In this document: piece after piece, positions 31,184 to 38,812 of the stretch
How the letters are laid out: each line of letters starts with the position of its first letter
Numbering within the stretch: position 1 is the first letter of the stretch
From: an uncultured Chloroflexia bacterium
GTDB taxonomy: Bacteria > Chloroflexota > Chloroflexia > QHBQ01 > JADMIH01
Length of the DNA: 64,000 bases
Reading direction: 5' to 3'
Assembly (NCBI GenBank): GCA_963797095.1
Contig: CAWCNY010000004.1
Location: 352,001-416,000 of the forward strand
The notes under the pieces: model-generated
The model's database searches: none
Told to the model about the DNA's origin: nothing
What the model saw: only the letters and a program-made list of their open reading frames with translations
Position numbers and translations under genes: made by a program

Positions 31184-31726
31184 GTGGAAAGCATAGCCTG
31201 GATCCTGATCGCATTTCTCCTTGTCGGAGTAGCCCTTGTCGCACTAATCATGTCGGTCCGTTTGCGCGGCGCAAGTGGCCTCCCCGAAGGCGAGGTCATC
31301 TCGTCAGATGTCAGTGTACAAACAAAAGGAAAACCCTTATACTCGGCCCGCTATGGTCTGACCGGCACCCCCGACTACCTGACCAGCACATCCGATGGTC
31401 TGGTGCCGGTAGAGATCAAGCCCACCCGCAAAGAGGAGGAACCTCGCCAATCACACCTGTTGCAGGTGCTCGCCTACTGTCTGCTGGTCGAGGAAACCGG
31501 TGGTCGTAAGCCACCCTACGGCCTGTTGCGCTACAGTTCCTCCACCTTTCGGGTAGATTACAACGACGCCACACGAGCACACCTACTCGAAGTGATGGAT
31601 ACCATGCGCCGCACCGCCGAGCTGGAAGAGTGGCAGATCGAGCGCAATCATGAAGTGCCAGGTCGCTGCCGCGCCTGCGGCTACAAACAAATCTGCGATC
31701 AATCTCTCTGGCCGGAGGAAAGATAA
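31184..31726 (+). CDS. Stand-alone Cas4-like PD-(D/E)XK nuclease with N-terminal TM helix
   Basis: GTPD..VEIK, QVLAY, C-terminal CRACGYKQIC; hydrophobic first ~24 residues. Confidence 0.8.
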   Translation: MESIAWILIAFLLVGVALVALIMSVRLRGASGLPEGEVISSDVSVQTKGKPLYSARYGLTGTPDYLTSTSDGLVPVEIKPTRKEEEPRQSHLLQVLAYCLLVEETGGRKPPYGLLRYSSSTFRVDYNDATRAHLLEVMDTMRRTAELEEWQIERNHEVPGRCRACGYKQICDQSLWPEER

Positions 31727-31971
31727 CCCACAAGCGTGCCGATGGTTTGCAGGCTATCGAGGTTGAGGTCCTCGGCGGCGATATCAACTCCAAACTCCTG
31801 CTCGATCCCGGCAAGCAGTTCCAGCCCGGTAAGCGAGTCGAGCGACAGACCCTTACCGAAGAGAGGCGTATCATCAGGCAGCCCCGTCGCCTGGTCCCGC
31901 GGCATCTCAAGCACGAGGGCAAGCAATTCGCGCACTCTGGCGCTAACCTGGCTATGCTTACGCTGCATCAC
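31699..31971 (-). CDS. Acyl carrier protein
   Basis: 90 aa, acidic core; DTPLF..GLSLDSL (phosphopantetheine Ser), IEQEFGVDI, TIGTLVGYL. Confidence 0.88.
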   Translation of the reverse strand: MMQRKHSQVSARVRELLALVLEMPRDQATGLPDDTPLFGKGLSLDSLTGLELLAGIEQEFGVDIAAEDLNLDSLQTIGTLVGYLSSGQRD

Positions 31972-32027
31972 TCATTCACGCGCACGAATACGCCTGTGCC
32001 GCCTACCAAATCAACCTCATCTGCATA

Positions 32028-33104
32028 TCAATCCGATGCCGAGACAATCTGCAGCCATTCAGGGAACAACGGCAAACTCTCCGACAGGTCGCGTGCCACG
32101 GTAACAAAGCTATCACCTGCCACCTTGTTGAAGCCAAGCTGTCGAAAGAGAAGCCGGATCGGCAGATTCCGCTCGTTCACCCTGTACACCGCCCGAACCC
32201 CCTTCATTCCCATCTCGATTGCCTCCTTCATTATCCAGAACACCAGCGCTGCCGGTATGCCGCGCCCCTCAACCCTGCATGACAACATAACCAGTTCAAT
32301 AAGCCACACCGAAGCAGGCCAGGGTGGTTCCGTATCAACCAGGGCAGCCCCAATCAACCCGTAGTCGCCGAAACGATCCGTCAGCCGGGCTACAGGCATT
32401 AACCAGCGCGGGTCATGTAACCGTTCCACCAACTCTTCACGATAATACGTGCGACCCGTAGAATTCAACTGGTGCGTCCTCTCGGTCATTTCAAGCACGC
32501 GAGGCAGGTCCGCGTCCGTCGCAGGTGCTATTTCAAGATTCATCTCGCACCACTTGAGGAATTCAGCCCGGCTTCCTCTGAACGATGCTTCACTCTCCCG
32601 CCTTATCTCTTCCTGCCTGTACATCTCCGCCCGGTGCTCGCTCTCCAGTGTCCCCGATCCGGCGTTGAAAGCAGGTGAATCCAGCGCCTCCTTCAGTTCA
32701 TCAGGCGAAAGCACAAGCACCTGCGGCAGCATGTAGGCCACTTCTGCACGCTCAAATGGGTTATCATCCACGAATGCCAGGGCCTCAAGACCTAAATTCA
32801 ACTGATCCGCGATGCGCCGGAGCGACCCGCTCTTAGGCTCCCAACTCACCTGAGGCGCTACGATATGCGCCTTCAACTCAGGATGCGAAAGAAGCAGTTC
32901 GCGCATAGAAGGATCGTTCCTGCTGGCCACGCTGCTAACGACCCCGCGCCGCTCCAACTCCTTGATAATGCCAATCAACGACGCGTCCGGCGAGGGTGGG
33001 GCCTCGTTCACATCTCCTTCGACTGCCACTCCGGGCCAGAGCGTATTGTCCAGGTCCCAAACAACGCACTTTATGGGCTTTATGCGTTCCGGCCTAGCAC
33101 TCAC
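32028..33104 (-). CDS. fkbH: FkbH-like glyceryl transferase/phosphatase (HAD-IIIC plus C-terminal GNAT)
   Basis: KCVVWDLDNTLW, ASRN, WEPKS, FVDDNPFER, RTHQLNSTG, DRFGDYG, LSCRV (acyl-Cys). Confidence 0.93.
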   Translation of the reverse strand: MSARPERIKPIKCVVWDLDNTLWPGVAVEGDVNEAPPSPDASLIGIIKELERRGVVSSVASRNDPSMRELLLSHPELKAHIVAPQVSWEPKSGSLRRIADQLNLGLEALAFVDDNPFERAEVAYMLPQVLVLSPDELKEALDSPAFNAGSGTLESEHRAEMYRQEEIRRESEASFRGSRAEFLKWCEMNLEIAPATDADLPRVLEMTERTHQLNSTGRTYYREELVERLHDPRWLMPVARLTDRFGDYGLIGAALVDTEPPWPASVWLIELVMLSCRVEGRGIPAALVFWIMKEAIEMGMKGVRAVYRVNERNLPIRLLFRQLGFNKVAGDSFVTVARDLSESLPLFPEWLQIVSASD

Positions 33105-33454
33105 AATCCCGGCCCCGAGTAGCCGCCCCGAACTATGCGGCGCACGCTGGCGTGCCGAGGCTTAAGCCCATCGCGGATCACCTCAATCACCTTGTCGGTG
33201 TTCATAGCCCCGCACGTAAAAATGTCAAGCGCCGCGAACCCTTCGTCCACCCAGGTATGGATCGATATATGCGACTCTGCCAGCAGCAGAAACCCCGTCA
33301 CACCCTGCGGGCTGAACTGGTGAAAGTGGCTGTGCAGAATGGTAGCTCCACCCGCTTCGGCGGCGCGGCACAATAATTCCTCTATAGGCTGCACTGTAGC
33401 CAGAACAGCAGGGTCCTGCACCCATATATCGTACAGTACGTGTCTATTGATCAT
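33101..33454 (-). CDS. speD: S-adenosylmethionine decarboxylase proenzyme (short class 1B)
   Basis: FHQFSPQGVTG..LAESHISIHTW..DIFTCG, with the E-S pyruvoyl cleavage site. Confidence 0.92.
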   Translation of the reverse strand: MINRHVLYDIWVQDPAVLATVQPIEELLCRAAEAGGATILHSHFHQFSPQGVTGFLLLAESHISIHTWVDEGFAALDIFTCGAMNTDKVIEVIRDGLKPRHASVRRIVRGGYSGPGL

Positions 33455-33927
33455 CTTAAGGTCATCTTCATGGTCAGATGTTCGGCCTCGAACCCGAACT
33501 TCCTGTATATCAATCTCATTGGGGTGTTGTTCACGTGTACCTTACCAGTTATCTCACTAACACCCATACCCTTCGCATATTCCATGCCGTGAGCGAAGAT
33601 CGCATCTGCAACTGCGGCACTCTCCGGGTGATCTAGCCCATGTGCCACGGCCAGAGACCGAAATGTAGCGTATCGCTCGCCCGTCAGAAAATTGGTGTTG
33701 AGCGCCACCCACAACCAGCCGGCGACCTTTCCGCTTTCGCGCTCCTCCACCACGAACATCCCGTCCCGGTCGCGCTCCATAGCTTTCGCCAGCTTCTTCC
33801 GGTGCACCTCTGCGTCTACTATCGGGTCGTCCGGGAATGAGATACGCGCAATCTCTATCTCAAATTCCACGATGGCAGACAAGTCTGCCTCGTTCGGAGC
33901 GCGGAATAGATATCGATCTGTGGACAT
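33451..33927 (-). CDS. GNAT-fold acyltransferase
   Basis: FRAPNEADL, VAGWLW, SLAV, VHVNNTPMRLIYRKFGF; start ATG 33927; ATGA overlap with speD. Confidence 0.85.
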   Translation of the reverse strand: MSTDRYLFRAPNEADLSAIVEFEIEIARISFPDDPIVDAEVHRKKLAKAMERDRDGMFVVEERESGKVAGWLWVALNTNFLTGERYATFRSLAVAHGLDHPESAAVADAIFAHGMEYAKGMGVSEITGKVHVNNTPMRLIYRKFGFEAEHLTMKMTLR

Positions 33928-34054
33928 GAGCAGCAAATGGCCGGTAGGTTTAAGCGAATGGCTAAAATTAAGTATAACGCGATTTGCAAGGCCGCGCACG
34001 CCTGAATCAGCTTCAACAGGAAAGGTCAGACCCTGTGCGCACCTGGTCACGCGC

Positions 34055-35338
34055 TCAATTGCTCCCGCTGCCCCCATTGCGGCTAGAATTGCCGGGCGCA
34101 TGCTTCCGGGAAAGCAGCTTCAAACTGTGCGAACTGCACTGGGGGCATCCGGCCTCTTTCAAAGTCTCGATAGTAGCGTATTGGCCCCCGGCCTGCCCGC
34201 CGACCATCACCTGCGTGCCGCACTCCGTACACACATAACGCCTGATCGTGGGACGAACCTGTCCAGTGTAGATATTCTCCGTGTACTCGCCATCGACAAG
34301 AGGGAGGCTCGCTTCCGTCGTGCGCAGCACATACAGGTCACTCACCCCGGCCAGCACTCCCGCGCCCACATACTCATTGAAGTTCGGCACGAGGCGTTCT
34401 ATCACCAGTCCCATGCGTGCGATTGCGCTTTGCACCTCCACCTGTTCGTCGGGCGGGCGGTGCCCAAAATGCAGGTATATCTTCCCACCCTCCGGCCTTA
34501 TCGCCTGCACGGCCCGCGAAAGAAACAATTCAAGACCGGGCAGCGTATACGGCGGATCTGTCGAAACAGTTTCGAACTCGCCTTGCAAGTCTCGATGCAA
34601 GGGCTGGCGCACATCGTGGTGCACCAACCCAACCAGCACCTCCTCCTCAACAGCGATATCGCGCAGGTGATTCAGGATGCGATTGTCCGTGTCGAGCGCC
34701 ACCACCCGCCGTGCCAGTTTCCCCGAGGGCGAAAGCTCCTTACCCGCCAGCGCGATAGCGGCTGACACCGAGTCGTCATCCCCAAGCACCAGCACGTGCT
34801 TCCCCGCAAGTGCCCCATCTTCATACATCAGCGCCACACGCCGAAGGTTGGTCTCAGGCGTGCAATGGCTCTGGTCCAGCGTTACATCAACACGAGGATT
34901 GCCCATAAAATGCCTGCGAAGCACCTCAAGCAAATTGCTCCACACCCGCCCTTGAGGCGCAACGCCCAGGCCACCGCACTCTGGGCAGATCACAGCGTTG
35001 GTATGCCCGGCCTCCGCATCCTCAGATGACTGCTCAGAGGCACGCAAAGACGCCCAACCCCAGGCGTCACCGATCATACTATCGGCAGCCCCGGTCAGCA
35101 CCAAATGAGGTCCAGCTTCCAGCACACCCGCCTTCTCAAGCTCGCGCCTCACGGCTGTCACCACAGGCAAAGGCAACCGAACCATGCGCGCCAGTGCCCT
35201 CGCAGTCAGCGGCTCAGCGTTTCCGTCGTGCTGCGCCCTATACACCACGCGTAGCACCTCTTCCACCCCCGCAGCCCCCTCCCGAAGTTGCGCCCGCTCG
35301 GCCACCGATTTCAGCAAACTATTCCTATCCGTAAGCAT
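34055..35338 (-). CDS. bpsA: BpsA-like N4-bis(aminopropyl)spermidine synthase (DUF43 aminopropyltransferase) with HTH and Zn ribbons
   Basis: LDQSHCTPET..R, LAGKHVLVLGDDDSVS, ALDTDNR, HDVRQPL, TDPPYT..LFLSRA; start ATG 35338 after AAGGGG. Confidence 0.85.
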   Translation of the reverse strand: MLTDRNSLLKSVAERAQLREGAAGVEEVLRVVYRAQHDGNAEPLTARALARMVRLPLPVVTAVRRELEKAGVLEAGPHLVLTGAADSMIGDAWGWASLRASEQSSEDAEAGHTNAVICPECGGLGVAPQGRVWSNLLEVLRRHFMGNPRVDVTLDQSHCTPETNLRRVALMYEDGALAGKHVLVLGDDDSVSAAIALAGKELSPSGKLARRVVALDTDNRILNHLRDIAVEEEVLVGLVHHDVRQPLHRDLQGEFETVSTDPPYTLPGLELFLSRAVQAIRPEGGKIYLHFGHRPPDEQVEVQSAIARMGLVIERLVPNFNEYVGAGVLAGVSDLYVLRTTEASLPLVDGEYTENIYTGQVRPTIRRYVCTECGTQVMVGGQAGGQYATIETLKEAGCPQCSSHSLKLLSRKHAPGNSSRNGGSGSN

Positions 35339-35380
35339 TGTCCCCTTCAGTAAGTTCCAATCACCAGCGACCAACAACCA

Positions 35381-35436
35381 CGAACCAGGAACCAGAAACT
35401 TGGAACTTGGAACCTGGAACCAAGATCTAGGAACCA
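35381..35436 (+). repeat. Degenerate GGAAC(Y)N heptamer array
   Basis: cgaaccaggaaccagaaacttggaacttggaacctggaacc. Confidence 0.7.
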
Positions 35437-36884
35437 GCCAAAACCAGCGCGGACCTCGGCAAAATAGCAACCTTGAGAGCACCGTTCTCCACCGTATACG
35501 TATGCCCTTTCCACACATCCTTGAGACTGGTGCCATCCTGCAATAGCTCCCCGACTGGTATTGAGGGTTCTTCCGGCAATTCACCCTTGTTGAAGACAGC
35601 AATCACACGGTCCCCATCCAGGTGACGCGCCAGCGCGTACACATTATCTTCCCCATAGAGCGAGCTAAACCGCCCCGACCTGAGCGCCGGGTGCTCGTGC
35701 CGCAAAGCGATAGCCTGCTTGAAGAAGCTCAACGTATCTTCGTCCCACTTGCTATCGTCCCATGGGAACGCTGCCCTGCTCATCGGATCCTTCCCACCCG
35801 CCATCCCTATCTCGTCCCCATAGTAGACACACGGCGCGCCCGGATAGACCATCTGGAATAAGGTCGAAAGCCGGAGCGCACTTCGGTCTCCTGCCGCGAT
35901 TGTCAAAAAGCGGGCCGTATCATGGCTATCGAGCAGGTTTAGCTGCACAGCGGTAACCTCAGGCGGATATAGCTGCAATAGCGCATCTACCTCGCGAGCG
36001 AACTCGCCACCCGCCAGCTGGCGTAACGGCCACAGCGTCGTCCCCTGCACCAGACCGGGGTCCTCAATCTTCTCGATAAAGAACTCTATACACAGCTTCG
36101 TGAATAGGTAGTTCATAACCGCATCAAACTGGTCCCCTTGTAGCCATCGAGAAGCATCTTCCCAGATTTCGCCCACGATGTAGGCCTCCGGATTCGCTCC
36201 TTTCACCCGCCTCCGGAACTCCTGCCAGAAAGCATCGTCGTTTATCTCGCCCGGCACGTCCAACCGCCACCCATCGATCCCGAACTCTACCCAGTGCACC
36301 GCCACGTCGAGCAGGAACTCGCGCACATCCTGCGTGTCGGTATTGAACTTGGGTAGGGCGTGCAGATTCCACCACGCGTCATAATTTGGCGCGCTGTACG
36401 TGTCATACGCGTGTAGCGGCCACCCCTTGATCCTGAACCAATCGAGGTATGGAGAATGGGGGCCATTCTCCAATATATCGTTGAACTGAAAGAAGCCTCT
36501 GCTCGCGTGGTTGAACACCCCGTCCAACACTACCCTCACGCCGCGCCGGTGCGCCTCGTCCAGCAGAGTCCGGAACGCAGCGTTTCCCCCCACCAACGGG
36601 TCCACTTTAAAGTAATCGTGCGTGTGATACCGGTGGTTGGCTGTCGATTGGAATATGGGGTTGAAATAGATCGCGTTCACCCCCAACTCCACCAGGTAAT
36701 CGAGATGCTCGACCACTCCGATCAGGTCGCCACCCTTGAACCCATGAGAGGTAGGCGGGCTGTCCCATGTCTCCAGGTTGCGCGGCTTGTGCAGACTCGC
36801 GCTCTTTGCAAATCTATCAGGGAATATTTGGTAAAAGACGGCATCCCGCACCCATGCGGGCGTCTGCACCGACGTTTCAATCAT
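35427..36884 (-). CDS. GH13 neopullulanase/cyclomaltodextrinase-like alpha-amylase
   Basis: FYQIFPDRF, DGVFNH, DGWRLDV, GEIW, LLDSHD, YYGDEIG. Confidence 0.95.
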   Translation of the reverse strand: MIETSVQTPAWVRDAVFYQIFPDRFAKSASLHKPRNLETWDSPPTSHGFKGGDLIGVVEHLDYLVELGVNAIYFNPIFQSTANHRYHTHDYFKVDPLVGGNAAFRTLLDEAHRRGVRVVLDGVFNHASRGFFQFNDILENGPHSPYLDWFRIKGWPLHAYDTYSAPNYDAWWNLHALPKFNTDTQDVREFLLDVAVHWVEFGIDGWRLDVPGEINDDAFWQEFRRRVKGANPEAYIVGEIWEDASRWLQGDQFDAVMNYLFTKLCIEFFIEKIEDPGLVQGTTLWPLRQLAGGEFAREVDALLQLYPPEVTAVQLNLLDSHDTARFLTIAAGDRSALRLSTLFQMVYPGAPCVYYGDEIGMAGGKDPMSRAAFPWDDSKWDEDTLSFFKQAIALRHEHPALRSGRFSSLYGEDNVYALARHLDGDRVIAVFNKGELPEEPSIPVGELLQDGTSLKDVWKGHTYTVENGALKVAILPRSALVLAGS

Positions 36885-36906
36885 CTATGATTAAGTCCTT
36901 CGTAGA

Positions 36907-37539
36907 TCACCCCAGGTTGGCCCTCATCATCTCAACCAGGGTCTTGATCGCTGCCTCGTTGTAGCTGTCCTCGTTCCAGGGGATTATCAGGTCGGCGTAT
37001 CGCTTGCTAGGCTCCACAAACGCCAGGTGCATTGGCCGCACCGTCCGTTTGTACTGCTCTATCACCGATTGCATCGACCTCTCCCGCTCCCCTACGTCTC
37101 GTACCAGCCGGCGTATGAACCTGATATCAGCGTCCGTATCAACGTACACTTTTATGTCGAGTAGCTCGCGTAGCTCAGGCTCAACGAGTATCATTATACC
37201 CTCAACAATGATAACAGGTTGCGGCTCTACACGCACGGTATCGGGTGTTCGCGTATACGTTGCGAAGTCGTACTGTGGCCTCTCCACCACCGACCCTGCC
37301 AGCAGGGCGCGCAAATGCCTGACCAGCAGGTCTGTCTCAAGCGCATTGGGGTCATCCCAGTTCCTGGCGCGTAGCTCTTCTATCGCCACGCCCGGAAACT
37401 CGCGGTAATACTCGTCGTGCGGCAGCAGCGCCACGTTGCCTCGCCCTACCGCCTCCACCAACCGGCCCACCACCGTGCTCTTCCCCGACCCGCTTCCCCC
37501 CGCCACTCCTATGGTAAGAGGAACCTTTCCAGGAGACAT
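36907..37539 (-). CDS. udk: Uridine kinase
   Basis: IGVAGGSGSGKST, IIVEGI, RFIRRLVRDV, FVEPSKRYAD. Confidence 0.93.
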   Translation of the reverse strand: MSPGKVPLTIGVAGGSGSGKSTVVGRLVEAVGRGNVALLPHDEYYREFPGVAIEELRARNWDDPNALETDLLVRHLRALLAGSVVERPQYDFATYTRTPDTVRVEPQPVIIVEGIMILVEPELRELLDIKVYVDTDADIRFIRRLVRDVGERERSMQSVIEQYKRTVRPMHLAFVEPSKRYADLIIPWNEDSYNEAAIKTLVEMMRANLG

Positions 37540-37545
37540 ATAAAC

Positions 37546-38703
37546 TTAGTCCCTCACAACGCCGGTAGAGGCGTGCGTGCGCGACGCGCCTCGCCGCGCC
37601 AGCACCCGCTCGTACACATCCAGGGTGTTCCGGGCTGCCCTCTCCCACGTAAACTCGGCGGCGCGCGCAAGGCCAAGCGCACTCAACTCGGCCCCCAGGT
37701 CCGGCTCCATGCACAACCTGTAGAGAGCAGCGGCAATCTCTTCAACCGACAGCGGATCGACCAGCAAGGCCGCGCCATCGGCCACCTCGGCCAGGCCCGA
37801 AGAGCCGGACGTGACCACGGGCGTGCCGCACGCCATCGCTTCCAGCACGGGCAGGCCGAACCCTTCGTATATTGACGGGAAGGCCATCGCCGAAGCAGCT
37901 GAATAGAGGGCAGGTAGGTGCTCAAAAGGTACATAGCCCGTGAACACCACCTCCGACCCCAATCCCAATCGCTCGACCTCGGCATAGATCGGCTCGCAAT
38001 GCCAGCCTGGCTGCCCGACCAATGCCAGCTTGTGCGGCAGGCCGCGCTTGCGCAATTGAGCGAATGCATTAATAAGACGGGTCAGGTTCTTGCGCGGTTC
38101 TATAGTACCCACATACAGGACGTAGGGCCCATTGAGCTTATAGTGAGCGCGCACCATCTCCAGTTGCTCTCGGTCTTCAACCCGCATGAACGCAGGCGAC
38201 ACTGCGTTCATGATTACATGCACCTTGTCGGCGGGAACCTTCAAGAGACGCACAATATCGTCGCGGGCACTCTTCGATACAGTAACGATGGCCTCAGCCC
38301 GCCGCACCACCAATGGAATAAGGGTGCGGTCCAGCAACAGCTTCTTCCACCTGTGCAGCCCGGGGGTGATGAACAGGGTCATATCGTGGATCGTGACTAC
38401 ATAAGGGCATGCGGTGGCAACCGGCGCGAGATAGTTGGGGAAATGACAGATATCGGGGCGTACCTGCCGGAGCGTGCCCGGCAGTACCCCCTGCATCCAG
38501 GCGACCCGTACAGGGAAGAAGCGCCCAATATAGAACCGCTCGTGCGCAAGGCGTGTCCAGGAGCCGTTCACCTCGCGGTTGGTGAACAGGAGGTAATCAT
38601 GCTGGGGAGCCACTGCCATCATCCCCGCGAGGAGATTCTGGGCGTAGTACCCAACGCCCGACTTGAACCCTTGTAGAGCCGAAGCCTCGTATCCAATCAA
38701 CAT
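37546..38703 (-). CDS. GT4 glycosyltransferase
   Basis: VTIHD, VGTIEPRKN, EGFGLPVLEAMACG; start ATG 38703. Confidence 0.93.
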   Translation of the reverse strand: MLIGYEASALQGFKSGVGYYAQNLLAGMMAVAPQHDYLLFTNREVNGSWTRLAHERFYIGRFFPVRVAWMQGVLPGTLRQVRPDICHFPNYLAPVATACPYVVTIHDMTLFITPGLHRWKKLLLDRTLIPLVVRRAEAIVTVSKSARDDIVRLLKVPADKVHVIMNAVSPAFMRVEDREQLEMVRAHYKLNGPYVLYVGTIEPRKNLTRLINAFAQLRKRGLPHKLALVGQPGWHCEPIYAEVERLGLGSEVVFTGYVPFEHLPALYSAASAMAFPSIYEGFGLPVLEAMACGTPVVTSGSSGLAEVADGAALLVDPLSVEEIAAALYRLCMEPDLGAELSALGLARAAEFTWERAARNTLDVYERVLARRGASRTHASTGVVRD

Positions 38704-38752
38704 CCCGTCGAGCCTTTCGTCTTCAGTAGTAGCTAGCCAGCTATCAAAACCG

Positions 38753-38800
38753 GGAACTTGGAACTTGGAACTTGGAACTGGGAACTTGGAACTGGGAACC
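38753..38800 (+). repeat. Heptamer array GGAACTK, 6-7 units
   Basis: ggaactt x3, ggaactg, ggaactt, ggaactg, ggaacc. Confidence 0.85.
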
Positions 38801-38812
38801 ACCGCCCCTAGA

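Noticed and set aside
31184-31726. CRISPR-Cas locus
   Set aside because: No cas1, cas2, effector genes or repeat-spacer array in the window.
34545-34565. DPPY motif as a DNA adenine methyltransferase
   Set aside because: The context (DQ..TPET, LGDDD, HDVRQPL) fits the BpsA/DUF43 family instead.
33692-34765. 357-aa + strand ORF and other long antisense ORFs (e.g. 5595-6770, 52677-53579)
   Set aside because: Shadow ORFs opposite well-supported genes in GC-rich DNA, with no recognisable motifs.
35339-35602. Long N-terminal extensions in the ORF track (bpsA; likewise GNAT, GT4, ligase, flippase, cfa)
   Set aside because: They run through repeats or neighbouring genes; downstream starts have an RBS, translational coupling or leaderless promoters.
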